Below, one piece after another: positions 1 to 9,308 of a stretch of 64,000 bases of DNA. Source of the DNA: Macrostomum hystrix (Eukaryota; Animalia; Platyhelminthes); NCBI GenBank assembly GCA_950097015.1, contig CATNEN010000024.1, forward strand, positions 1,426,001 to 1,490,000, given 5' to 3'. Position 1 is the first letter of the stretch; the number at the start of each line of letters is the position of its first letter. Made by a program: the position numbers and the translations under genes. The notes beneath the pieces were generated by a model. That model did no database searches and was not told where the DNA came from. It saw nothing but the letters and a program-made list of their open reading frames with translations.

Positions 1-261
1 TCGAGCTGCTGCGGCTGCGGGCATGGCGGCTGCAAACATAATGGGCAGGCTTTAGTGGGGAATGCTGTGATTGGTTGATAGGGGGCCAATCTATTGGGTT
101 GATTTATTAATTATCCAGTGACGAGTTCTGACAAATTGATGTGACGATGCTCTAGTGTGTTATTTATTTATTTGTTAATCTGGCCCATATGATAATGAAT
201 GAAATTATCGATTACACCTGACACCTGGGCAAGATGTGCAGCCGACCATTCAGTCATGGAC

Positions 262-410
262 ATCCACCCTAAATTACCTCAGCTAATGCTGGATGAGCTT
301 AAGCAATGCAGAGTTAAGTTTCTTTCTACAGGACACACATTGTTCCAGTAGAGTCGGGATTCGAACTCCTGACCTTTAAGTCGTGAGTCTGACGCCCTAA
401 CCCCCAGCCT
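262..410 (-). mobile_element. tRNA-headed SINE fragment (family also at 20655, 27240, 54545)
   Basis: The minus strand reads GGGGGTTAGGGCGTCAGACTCACGACTTAAAGGTCAGGAGTTCGAATCCCG, with a B-box GTTCGAATCC. It is followed by a body (gtgtcc...acttaactctgcattgctt...ccagc) shared with other copies in the window. Confidence 0.6.
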
Positions 411-806
411 ATATAAAAATAAGCTAATACTCGTGATTTGAAAAGCGTGTTTATGATAAAAAAAATAATAAAAAGTCCGGGACGAGAATAGTTGAAAAGC
501 AATTCGTAAAATCAAAAGAGTATCATTTTCTTACATAAAATTGTCTAGCAGTTGTTCTGCGCGTTTTTATTTCGTTTCAACAAAATTTGCGATCTAGCAA
601 GCGTCACACAGGTTCTATTAGACAAAGGGGTAAAATTAAAGCACAATTAAAATGCACGTTAACTGCAAATTAACTCGACGCGTACTGCCGCACTACTGTT
701 AGTAGGAAAGTAAAGGATTGCGGCACTATAATAATTAAATGAAATGCAGAGTTAAAAGCCAAAACTTAAAGCCACTTTACAAGTCGCTAAAAAGCCGGTA
801 AATATT

Positions 807-1952
807 TTATCTATTTGAAGCAGGCGGGGGCCGCAGCAGGAGCTCGCAAACCTGCCTCAGAAATGGTCGACGAATCCTGCCAGCCAGGCCGGCAGAAGCG
901 GCGGCAAGCGCCGATGATTCGCCGACAACACGCGCCCCCAAAGCGACATCCAGCCAGACGAGATCGCGCAGCAGGTCGCGGATTTCTTCATCGTTATTGC
1001 CAGCCGAAGCAGACTCCGTGTCGAACGGACAGGCCACACCATTAGCTGACGGGTCCAGCTGGTTATAGGCCGGTGAGCCATTGCGTTGATAACTAGCTAC
1101 ACCAACTAATCTGACAAGCTGGGCGGCGTCGATACCCCTCTGGGCCAGCTCGCCGTCTAGGCAGTGCCGCGGCAATGTCAGAGCCATCAAGCACAGCATG
1201 TACTGGTGGCAGCTCATGAGTGAAGATGTCGGAGTCCAATCATTGATAAAAGGCAACTTCAATGGCGTCAGCGTGACCTCTTTCAATCGGGCAAACATAG
1301 TCAGGTCATCGGCGGCTATATTTGTAGAGTTCGATGCTGATATAAAATCTTCAATAAATTTAGCAGCCGCATGAATTCTAACAGACACGCCGGGTACGAC
1401 AGTTTTCAGTAGGCAAGAGTCAGTAAACTGCAACAGCGAGGGACAGGCCGGCCTGCTGAGCTGGTAGTGCGCCGCCTGGCAGCACATGTCCAGCCTATCC
1501 AGCTCCTTGGCTAGGCGAGCCTCCAGGGTTGCCTGGCTATTGTACTCGTCGAATAAGCCGACTAGACAGGCGCCAGATGACGCGTCGAGATTGGCCGCCA
1601 TGCCAGCCAGAGCTGCCTGCTCCCGGCGTAGCTTTTCGGCTGGCGGCACACCGCAGTGAGGCGTCAAATCGCCGACGACAGCTTCGGCCAGATCGTGGGC
1701 CAGGCATAGAGCGGCTAGACGGTCGGCATTGGCGCCGGAGCAGCCGGGCCAGGCTGGCAGGCGGAGCACAGCCTCAGCGGCCATGGCCCACATATGGCAG
1801 GCCACGGTCTCCACCCTGTCTAGGCCGCATAGCAACCAACCAGTGCGCGGAGTTTGCTTGATGGCATTGGCTGTGATTAGAAACTTGACATAGGCTGCTG
1901 CAGCAGCATCAGCCTCGGGCTCCGATGATGTGGATGGTTGCAGATTGGACGA
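807..1952 (-). CDS. HDDC2: HD-domain 5'-deoxynucleotidase, HDDC2/YfbR-like, with a C-terminal extension. The initiator codon is not in this exon.
   Basis: The frame of ORF 807..1835 stays open upstream (SSNLQPSTSSEPEADAAAAAYVKFLITANAIKQTPRTGWLLCGLDRVETVACHMW). It contains HDDC2-type motifs KxxPRTGW, ETVAxHMW, LAHDLAEAVVGDLTP and AKELDRLDM. A 3' splice acceptor (tgctttaatctgcag) precedes 1952 in phase 0. Confidence 0.85.
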   Translation of the reverse strand, partial: SSNLQPSTSSEPEADAAAAAYVKFLITANAIKQTPRTGWLLCGLDRVETVACHMWAMAAEAVLRLPAWPGCSGANADRLAALCLAHDLAEAVVGDLTPHCGVPPAEKLRREQAALAGMAANLDASSGACLVGLFDEYNSQATLEARLAKELDRLDMCCQAAHYQLSRPACPSLLQFTDSCLLKTVVPGVSVRIHAAAKFIEDFISASNSTNIAADDLTMFARLKEVTLTPLKLPFINDWTPTSSLMSCHQYMLCLMALTLPRHCLDGELAQRGIDAAQLVRLVGVASYQRNGSPAYNQLDPSANGVACPFDTESASAGNNDEEIRDLLRDLVWLDVALGARVVGESSALAAASAGLAGRIRRPFLRQVCELLLRPPPASNR

Positions 1953-2142
1953 CTGCAGATTAAAGCATTGATGATCATATTTTCTGCTTCTATTGGTGAG
2001 TAGCTAGCTTAAGCTAGGTCTATGAGCAAGATAAATAATTTGCTAGTGCTTCTTTTCATCTATCTATATATTAATAATCTAGTACTAGCATTGGCTAGGG
2101 TAGAGATTTGGGCATATTTTGTTGCTTCAACATATCAGCAGC

Positions 2143-2421
2143 CATACATGCGCAACACCCGGCCGACCCGGCCGAACCGGCCGGGTGAAACGAGGGCCAA
2201 GCAAGGTAAGTCGCAAAAACCAATTGACCAAGCGCAAAAAAATCAAAGGGGGGACCAAGGGACAAAAAAGGAAGGCGTGAAGAAAAGGAAAAAGGGGAGA
2301 AAAAGAGAGCAAATGAGAGCAAACTAAGTCGTAAATAGAGCAATGAAATGAACTAAGTCGCAAATGAGAGCAAAAACTAAGTCGCACGGCCGGCTAAGAT
2401 TTGGGAGGTTGCGCATGTATG
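2143..2421. mobile_element. Non-autonomous DNA transposon (MITE), 279 bp
   Basis: Perfect 14-bp terminal inverted repeats CATACATGCGCAAC (2143-2156 and 2408-2421). An 8-bp target-site duplication TCAGCAGC flanks it (2135-2142 and 2422-2429). An 8-bp TSD is typical of hAT, P and Merlin superfamilies. Confidence 0.85.
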
Positions 2422-2745
2422 TCAGCAGCTATATATTTCAGGATAGTGGTTAGTTAAAATAACTGACAGACAAACTGACAGCTATCAGTGTTCAATTATA
2501 CAACTCTAGTTCATTCAAGTCTAAGTAAGATTATAAGTCATATTCTTCCTTATCAGTAAACACTAGATTTATTAACAGCATGTAATGACAGATAATGGCA
2601 GATTCTAAGAAATCCAAAATGTTATGATTCTTGAATTTGTTTTTATAATCATTCAACCCCAAATTCCTAACCATGGTACCAAGCCTACTAAGCATTGGGC
2701 TTGTTAAGTTGACTCAACTTGTTAAGATGATAGATTTAAAGTAAC

Positions 2746-3129
2746 TGTAGTAGGGATGCTTTTATTATTTCTTTAAAGTCAAATTCGTGCCTATGCTTTT
2801 TGTTTGAATGCGCTAAATATTTTTTATATGTAAAATATTTTAAATATTTTGTCAAATTCGTTTACTTTAACAAACATTTTCTTATGTGTATATAAACGAG
2901 TGTAATTCAGTTGAGACAAATCAACGTGCCAGTGTGGCGAAAAGCAAATAAGCTATTACTGAAGAAGAAAAGTGTTGAGTTGGTTATTTGAGGCTGTGAC
3001 CCTCTGATCCACAGAAAACGCCCAGCAAAGACTGGAGAATAGTAAGCCAGTGCCTTAGAAGGTTAAACCGCTCGTGCCGAGTGATACGCTACCATTAGAG
3101 AGAAAAGTAGAGAGACAAGCCCTGTTACA
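2746..3129 (+). repeat. 5' LTR
   Basis: TGTAGTAGGG...CCTGTTACA, 384 bp. No mismatch to the 3' LTR was found by eye. Confidence 0.95.
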
Positions 3130-3133
3130 ACTT

Positions 3134-3145
3134 TGGTGGCAGCGG
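3134..3145 (+). promoter_or_regulatory. Primer-binding site (tRNA-Leu type)
   Basis: TGGTGGCAGCGG lies 4 nt after the 5' LTR. It is complementary to the 3' end (...CCGCTGCCA-CCA) of metazoan tRNA-Leu(AAG/TAG). Confidence 0.8.
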
Positions 3146-3189
3146 AAAGGATCAGAGAAACAGCGAAATAACCCCATTGAGGAGTAACA

Positions 3190-4098
3190 ATGGATCAAGC
3201 TCAAGCACAAGATTTGATGGCTGTACTCGCGGAAGAGCTGAGAAATCGGTTGGAGATTGCTCTAACACGCCATGTGAAGATCCAAAAGTTCACACCTAAT
3301 CAGGATATTCAGGTGTGGCTCACCGCATTTGATCAAAGATGCGAGACAGAAGGAATTGATGTGGACCATCGAAAGCAGGAATTGCTTGCCAACTTGGACT
3401 TGTCCACAGCATTTGCCTCTGTACAGAGAATGAACCTCCCAGAAAACCTTGACTACGAAGAATTCAAGGAGCGGATAGCAGAAAGATTCGGACGAACTGG
3501 AAGCCCAGCAGAATTCAGAGAAGAGTTTCGAGGAAGAATGCAAGGCAAGAATGAATCGGTAGAAGCCTATTCAGATAGTCTGATTGAACTGGCTGCCAGA
3601 GCCTTCCCAAACATGACAATGGAGCAACGAGAAGATGAACTGGTTGAGCAATACATCAAGGGAGCCAAGATATCCGCTAACATGAGGGAGAAACTAATCT
3701 TTGCTCAGCCTGCCAATCTACAGGAACTAAAGAGAATGCTTAGAAGGTTGGAAGCCGCCTGGAGCATGACACACAAAGGTGCCGGAGTAAGGATTACCAG
3801 AAATGGTGAAGAGGAAGAGGAGTCTCTAAGGGCAACAATTGTGAAGCAGAAGGAAGAAATTGAAAGACAGCAGAAACTCTTGCAGGAGCTCACCAGCAAA
3901 ATGGCTGAGAAACAGTACGTACCAAGGAAGCCATATGTACCTAAGTTCCTGCAACAGCAGAATACGCAGTACAATGGGCCGCAATTCTTGAACCAGAACC
4001 GAACCTGCTTCAACTGCGGAAAACTCGGCCATATTGCCAGATTCTGTCCTATGAGGATGGGCAACGGTCAGCAGAACTTCCAGAACCAGGGAAACTAA
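3190..4098 (+). CDS. gag: Gag (retrotransposon capsid domain plus CCHC zinc knuckle)
   Basis: 302-aa ORF with a capsid-like FREEFRGRMQGKNESVEAYSDSLIELAARAFP segment and the knuckle CFNCGKLGHIARFC. Confidence 0.95.
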   Translation: MDQAQAQDLMAVLAEELRNRLEIALTRHVKIQKFTPNQDIQVWLTAFDQRCETEGIDVDHRKQELLANLDLSTAFASVQRMNLPENLDYEEFKERIAERFGRTGSPAEFREEFRGRMQGKNESVEAYSDSLIELAARAFPNMTMEQREDELVEQYIKGAKISANMREKLIFAQPANLQELKRMLRRLEAAWSMTHKGAGVRITRNGEEEEESLRATIVKQKEEIERQQKLLQELTSKMAEKQYVPRKPYVPKFLQQQNTQYNGPQFLNQNRTCFNCGKLGHIARFCPMRMGNGQQNFQNQGN

Positions 4099-4162
4099 AA
4101 TACGAGGGACGTAAGTCGAGGCCCCGTTCCTCCGGAAAATCCTTTAACAAATTCCAGGCCTC
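4089..4162 (+). promoter_or_regulatory. Programmed -1 ribosomal frameshift signal (slippery heptamer plus predicted H-type pseudoknot)
   Basis: G GGA AAC (4089-4095) sits directly before the gag stop. The -1 frame is open from 4089 into pol. After an 8-nt spacer, stem 1 is GAGGGACG (4104-4111) / CGTTCCTC (4125-4132) and stem 2 is GAGGCC (4118-4123) / GGCCTC (4157-4162). Confidence 0.8.
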
Positions 4163-7100
4163 AGAGTTTGTAAATAGTGCGTATAAAATTGATAACCAAC
4201 GTTTTGCTTACAAGAAAAATAATTATTATTTCAACAAGTTTAATCAGCCGCGAGAAATGAGACAGCAACATGCGTATGCACCCAGCACTGCAAAAATGCA
4301 AGCACATGCGAAAGCACCAGTTACACCATGTGAAACAAGTCAGAAAGCCGCTAGCAAAGAAATTAAAAGTGAGTCACCCATTGAGACGATCAGAATCCCA
4401 GAGCCGGTCAAGAAAGGTCAGGAAGCAATTGTGAATGGAAAGATACGAAAGCGAGATATTATGTTTTTGATAGACACAGGAGCCGGAAACAACTTCTTAA
4501 GTAGGAGTTCATGGAAGAGAGTGGTTTGTGACGACGAGATAGAACCATGCAATTTGAGAGTCACCACGTTTGACGGATCAGTTGTGTCACTTAGAGGTGA
4601 AGCAATGCTTAAAGTGAAGTTCGGAGAAATTGAGATTGAGACAAGATTTCTTCTGTGTGACCACGACTGTGACGACATCCTTGGAATGGACTTTCTCAAA
4701 GACTACTGTGATGGTATCAATTTCAGTAAAGGAGTCTTGGTACTGAAAGATGGGATCTGCATCCCAATTCAGTTCACAAGACTACCTGTTCGAATTCGAC
4801 GAGTCTATTGCCAGAATCAGATCACGATACCAGCGAATAGTGCTTTGAAAGTGCCAATCCGATTGGGAGAAAATGCCGAAGCTAATTACGGTACTCCCAT
4901 GGTGATTGAGACTAATGACGGCTATATTGCAGCCAAAGGTTATGATCTGGAGCTAGTACCAGCATTAGTAACCTTGAACGAAGGAGTTGGAGTCATAGAA
5001 CTAGTCAATAAACAGAACAGAGAAGTCAAAGTGAAAGGAGCAGCTCTTATTGGCTATGCCAAGCCATTAACAGCGAAGAACTTGAATTATTTTGTTAATT
5101 CAATCAATTCGAGTCAAAATACCGGACAAGTCAATGCTGTAAAGAGAGAGGAAGCCTCAAAGGACATTGATGAATGGATCAAGGAGGTTAACATCGGAGA
5201 GATGAATTCGGAACAAAAGGAACAAGTTATACAATTGCTGAAAGAGAACAGAGCAGCGTTCTCTCAGACCGAGCAAGATATGGGTCTGACACATTTGGTG
5301 ACGCATGAAATTGCTCTTAAAGATACTACGCCAGTCAGAATACCGACTCGCAGAATTCCGCCTCATTTGCAAAAACAGGTGGATGATTTGCTTGATGACA
5401 TGCTGGCCAAAAACCTGATTAGGCCATGTTATAGCACCTATTCGACACCCTTGGTCATAGTACCAAAGAAGGATGGTACAATAAGGATCGTGAGTGACTT
5501 TCGAGTACTGAATTCTCGTGTGGAGTACTATCCGTATCCGTTACCTAATATTCAGGAGACATTCTCTCACCTTACTGGAAGTCAGTATTTCAGCAGTTTA
5601 GACCTTAACTCTGGATACTGGCAAGTCCCAATTAAAGAAGAGCACAAACATATGACGGCATTCTCGACATTAACTAGGGGCCAGTTTGAGTACCAAGTAA
5701 TGGCTCAAGGCTTGTCAAATGCACCTGGAACCTTCCAGAGGTTGATGAACCTTGTGTTGATCGGCATTCAACACAAGTTCGCGATGTCGTACATCGACGA
5801 TATCGTTACTTACTCGAAGGAATTCGATGAACATCTGTGTCACCTACGAGAAGTGTTCCGGAGATTATCCGAAGCTGGACTGAAATTGAGACCAAGAAAA
5901 TGTAATCTGTTTCAAGAAGAACTGAAATATCTAGGCCACATAGTAGGCCGAAATGGAATTCGAACAGATCCGGCCAAAATCGAAGCCATCCGATCATGGC
6001 CTACTCCGCAAGACGTCAAGGAATTAAGAAGTTTCTTGGGCCTATGCAACTACTATTGTAGATTCGTTAAGGACTATGCCGAAGCAGCGCATCCGCTGTT
6101 TCAGTTAACCAAAAAGGGTATAACGAACTTTAAGGAGAAATGGAACTCGAAACATGACGAGGCGTTTGCACTTCTAAAACAGAAAATGATGTCCACCGAT
6201 GTGTTGGCTTATCCCGAATTCTCAGAATATGAAAATGTCAAAATGGTGTTAGACACTGATGCATCCGAAGGAAGGATAGGAGCCTGTCTTGGACAAATCC
6301 AGGCAGATGGAGTAGAAAGACCAATCGCCTATTTCAGCAGGGCAATGACGGAATCTGAAAAACGATATCCGATAACACGAAAGGAATTGCTCGCCTTGGT
6401 GGATGGTATGAAACACTTCCGATTCTATTTGATCGGGAAGAAGTTCTTGGCACGTACCGACCACAAAGCGATCCTGTGGCTACTACGTCAAACAGAAGCC
6501 CAGGGTATTTTAGGAAGGTGGATCGAACGGTTGAGTGAGTTTCAGTATGAGATCCAGCATAGAAGCGGAGCTAAGCATAGCAATGCAGACAGCTTGTCTA
6601 GAAGACCATCGGAAATTAAAGAGGCTTCTGAAGCAAAGATTAACCAAAGTCAAATCACTGGACGAGCCATGATGAGTCAGAGCTGTCAGACAGACAGTGG
6701 CATCGATACAGATGATGATGATGCGAATGAAATTTTCGTGGACGCAAGAGACTATTTCGAAGATGAGGAATTGGAAGAGACAACGGCATGCCGAAAATTA
6801 TTAACAGATTTCCTGTCAGTACCACTGACGAAGGAACAGCTGGTTATTGCACAGAGAGAGGATCAGGACGTTAAAATCCTGATTGAGTGGAAGGAACAAG
6901 GAATACTGAGGCCAGAATTACCCACAGGGGCTAGTCACGAGCTGAAAAAGATGATCAAATCATACGAGCAGATGAAGATTGAGGATGGAATGTTAACCAT
7001 CGTGACTGACGGTACCCGGAAAGTAGTACTTCCGAGTGGAATAGAAAAAGAGGTCCTCCGAGAATTGCATGACAGTCCTTTAGCAGGACATCTTGGACGA

Positions 7101-8324
7101 GATAAAACCGTACAAAAGGTACGAGAGCGATTCTGGAAACCTGGCCTAGTTACTACTGTAGAGAATTATGTGGCCGAGTGCATCCCATGCCTCGAGAGTA
7201 AAGCAGGTAATAAGGTGAAGGCACCGGTGCAAACATTTCCTGTGTGCGAGGCATTCCATCGCCTACACATTGATCTGATTGGGCCGATTTCTAAAGAAAG
7301 CCGACGAGGACACAAGTACGTGCTAACAGTCATCGACAGCACTACTAAGTTCCCGTTTGCATTTCCAATCAGGAATCAAAAGTCGGACACAGTTATTAAA
7401 CTCCTACAAGAAAGAATTTTTAGTGAGTATGGTCAGTGTCGTTGGATCCACACTGACAACGGGAAAACTTTTGTGAGCCGTCAGTTCCAGGCGTTTTGTA
7501 CATTGTATGGTATCAAGCATACCTGCACGACGCCATATCATGCGCAAAGCAACGGCCTTGTAGAAAGATTTAACCGTCAGATAAAGTCCATCATCACCTG
7601 TCTAGTTGAGAAAGACCACTCCGACTGGGACCTGTTGATTCCAGCAGCTTTAGTGGCTGTTCGAACGAGTGTAAATCAGACAACAGGATTCACTCCACAT
7701 TATCTATTGTTCGGACGTGAGGCGGAGTTGCCAATAGACAGTGTTGTCAAAAGGCCCAGATTGTACTACGACTATCCTAGCTATGTAGCTGATCATGCTA
7801 AAAGAATTGAGGAGATGCAGAAGGTGGTTCAGAAGAAATTAGAAAAGGTGCGAGACCGTCGGGAGCAGGCTGCTGAGACAGTGATCACCAAGGCCGTGCC
7901 AATCGGCGGTCTCGTATTGATAAACAATCCACAGTTGCATGGTGACGAGAGCAATAAATTTCACCGAAGGAAGAGAGCCTCTTACAGAGTGTTGGCTAAG
8001 CTTTCGGACACAGTTTTCAGAGTCCAGAAAGAGGAGAATGGAAAACTAATCGGTGCCATGATGCTGGTACACCGGAATAATCTGACTCCTGTACCGAACT
8101 CGGTCAAAGCCACGGGCATGCCCGAAAGTTCTGACATGGAGAAGAGAGAACCAACAGATAAGGGAAGGCAGGAGACTGCCCAGAAGATCCAGAAAAGAAA
8201 GGAAGTGCAACCTAAGATTGTGAAAAAGGCAGTTCAAGAAATCGAGCAAGAAGAAAGCTCTGACTCAGAAGAGGAAAGAATTCAATGGAGAGCTTGCAAA
8301 GAGACCAGACATAAGTGGAAGTGA
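4089..8324 (+). CDS. pol: Pol polyprotein (protease, RT, RNase H, integrase), expressed as Gag-Pol
   Basis: Motifs FLIDTGA (protease), YIDDIV (RT), LDTDAS (RNase H), HDSPLAGH...CIPC (integrase zinc finger) and HIDLIGP / HTDNG / SNGLVER (DDE). The track ORF is 4257..8324 and the frame is open back to the slippery site. Confidence 0.95.
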   Translation, partial: GKLKYEGRKSRPRSSGKSFNKFQASEFVNSAYKIDNQRFAYKKNNYYFNKFNQPREMRQQHAYAPSTAKMQAHAKAPVTPCETSQKAASKEIKSESPIETIRIPEPVKKGQEAIVNGKIRKRDIMFLIDTGAGNNFLSRSSWKRVVCDDEIEPCNLRVTTFDGSVVSLRGEAMLKVKFGEIEIETRFLLCDHDCDDILGMDFLKDYCDGINFSKGVLVLKDGICIPIQFTRLPVRIRRVYCQNQITIPANSALKVPIRLGENAEANYGTPMVIETNDGYIAAKGYDLELVPALVTLNEGVGVIELVNKQNREVKVKGAALIGYAKPLTAKNLNYFVNSINSSQNTGQVNAVKREEASKDIDEWIKEVNIGEMNSEQKEQVIQLLKENRAAFSQTEQDMGLTHLVTHEIALKDTTPVRIPTRRIPPHLQKQVDDLLDDMLAKNLIRPCYSTYSTPLVIVPKKDGTIRIVSDFRVLNSRVEYYPYPLPNIQETFSHLTGSQYFSSLDLNSGYWQVPIKEEHKHMTAFSTLTRGQFEYQVMAQGLSNAPGTFQRLMNLVLIGIQHKFAMSYIDDIVTYSKEFDEHLCHLREVFRRLSEAGLKLRPRKCNLFQEELKYLGHIVGRNGIRTDPAKIEAIRSWPTPQDVKELRSFLGLCNYYCRFVKDYAEAAHPLFQLTKKGITNFKEKWNSKHDEAFALLKQKMMSTDVLAYPEFSEYENVKMVLDTDASEGRIGACLGQIQADGVERPIAYFSRAMTESEKRYPITRKELLALVDGMKHFRFYLIGKKFLARTDHKAILWLLRQTEAQGILGRWIERLSEFQYEIQHRSGAKHSNADSLSRRPSEIKEASEAKINQSQITGRAMMSQSCQTDSGIDTDDDDANEIFVDARDYFEDEELEETTACRKLLTDFLSVPLTKEQLVIAQREDQDVKILIEWKEQGILRPELPTGASHELKKMIKSYEQMKIEDGMLTIVTDGTRKVVLPSGIEKEVLRELHDSPLAGHLGRDKTVQKVRERFWKPGLVTTVENYVAECIPCLESKAGNKVKAPVQTFPVCEAFHRLHIDLIGPISKESRRGHKYVLTVIDSTTKFPFAFPIRNQKSDTVIKLLQERIFSEYGQCRWIHTDNGKTFVSRQFQAFCTLYGIKHTCTTPYHAQSNGLVERFNRQIKSIITCLVEKDHSDWDLLIPAALVAVRTSVNQTTGFTPHYLLFGREAELPIDSVVKRPRLYYDYPSYVADHAKRIEEMQKVVQKKLEKVRDRREQAAETVITKAVPIGGLVLINNPQLHGDESNKFHRRKRASYRVLAKLSDTVFRVQKEENGKLIGAMMLVHRNNLTPVPNSVKATGMPESSDMEKREPTDKGRQETAQKIQKRKEVQPKIVKKAVQEIEQEESSDSEEERIQWRACKETRHKWK

Positions 8325-8706
8325 GATTGAAGAAACTGATGAAGACTCTGACACAGATTCCGGAAGTTCGGCAGAAGAACTTATCGAAGATTCTGAAACG
8401 GAAACGGAGGAAGAGTTTGAAGAGTCGGAAGAAGATAACGAAGAAGAACCTGAAGCTGAACCACCAGACCATGATGTTGTGGAGGCACCAGCCTGTGAGG
8501 AGGAGGCTGAGGACCGAGCAGATGCAGCCAGTGGAACGGCAGCACCACTTCAGTGGCGAGAGGTGCGGTACAACCTGCGGCCAAGAAAGCCTACAGTCAT
8601 CAATGAGCCAGCAGGTCCGACACCTGTCGCGAATCGCAGGGAGGCACCGCATAAGCCTAACAAGTATGGCTTTGTGCCAAGGAAGCGGTACTCCCACTAC
8701 CAGTGA
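8281..8706 (+). CDS. Out-of-frame acidic C-terminal tail of integrase
   Basis: The +1 frame reads FNGELAKRPDISGSEIEETDEDSD...EVRYNLRPRK...YSHYQ*. It continues the acidic run of Pol if one A is removed from gaggaaagaa (8271-8280). RYNLRPR is a motif commonly seen at the end of Gypsy Pol proteins. Confidence 0.6.
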   Translation, partial: FNGELAKRPDISGSEIEETDEDSDTDSGSSAEELIEDSETETEEEFEESEEDNEEEPEAEPPDHDVVEAPACEEEAEDRADAASGTAAPLQWREVRYNLRPRKPTVINEPAGPTPVANRREAPHKPNKYGFVPRKRYSHYQ

Positions 8707-8895
8707 CGGCAGCAGCAGCAGCGGCGGCAGTGACAGCGGCGGCAGCAGCAGCGGCGGCAGCAGCATCGGCGAAGAAGCAGAGGCGACGGGACTGAGGACG
8801 GTGACCTGATGCTACATAAAGTAAAATTTACTCATGCGGCTTAAATAACATTATTACTAAAAAATATCACTCATGCTTTATTCAATTTTTATTTT

Positions 8896-8907
8896 AGGGA
8901 AGGCAAG
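8896..8907 (+). promoter_or_regulatory. Polypurine tract
   Basis: AGGGAAGGCAAG lies immediately upstream of the 3' LTR. Confidence 0.7.
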
Positions 8908-8908
8908 T

Positions 8909-9292
8909 TGTAGTAGGGATGCTTTTATTATTTCTTTAAAGTCAAATTCGTGCCTATGCTTTTTGTTTGAATGCGCTAAATATTTTTTATATGTAAAATA
9001 TTTTAAATATTTTGTCAAATTCGTTTACTTTAACAAACATTTTCTTATGTGTATATAAACGAGTGTAATTCAGTTGAGACAAATCAACGTGCCAGTGTGG
9101 CGAAAAGCAAATAAGCTATTACTGAAGAAGAAAAGTGTTGAGTTGGTTATTTGAGGCTGTGACCCTCTGATCCACAGAAAACGCCCAGCAAAGACTGGAG
9201 AATAGTAAGCCAGTGCCTTAGAAGGTTAAACCGCTCGTGCCGAGTGATACGCTACCATTAGAGAGAAAAGTAGAGAGACAAGCCCTGTTACA
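8909..9292 (+). repeat. 3' LTR
   Basis: 384 bp, matching 2746-3129. Confidence 0.95.
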
Positions 9293-9308
9293 TAACTTTA
9301 GATCTATC

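Larger units (their letters stand above)
2746..9292 (+). mobile_element. Full-length Ty3/Gypsy LTR retrotransposon, 6547 bp
   Basis: Two 384-bp TG...CA LTRs, a 4-bp TSD TAAC (2742-2745 and 9293-9296), PBS, PPT, and gag plus pol in PR-RT-RH-IN order. Confidence 0.97.

Noticed and set aside
1-50. Possible start of a minus-strand gene (MFAAAMPAAAAAR) running off the window, with CCAAT-like boxes upstream
   Set aside because: Only 13 codons are visible, too few to support a call.
289-410. tRNA gene candidates (GTTCGAATCC B-boxes at about 360, 13640, 19680, 20755, 27280 and 54650)
   Set aside because: No complete cloverleaf with an acceptor stem was found. Most run into a shared SINE body and the rest are short degenerate head fragments.
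2022-2387. ORFs of 82-101 aa overlapping MITE1
   Set aside because: Low-complexity A-rich or T-rich translations of a non-coding MITE interior.
8315-8809. 164-aa basic ORF after pol as an env-like third gene
   Set aside because: It has no signal peptide or TM segment and starts at GTG. It is the shadow frame of the acidic integrase tail.
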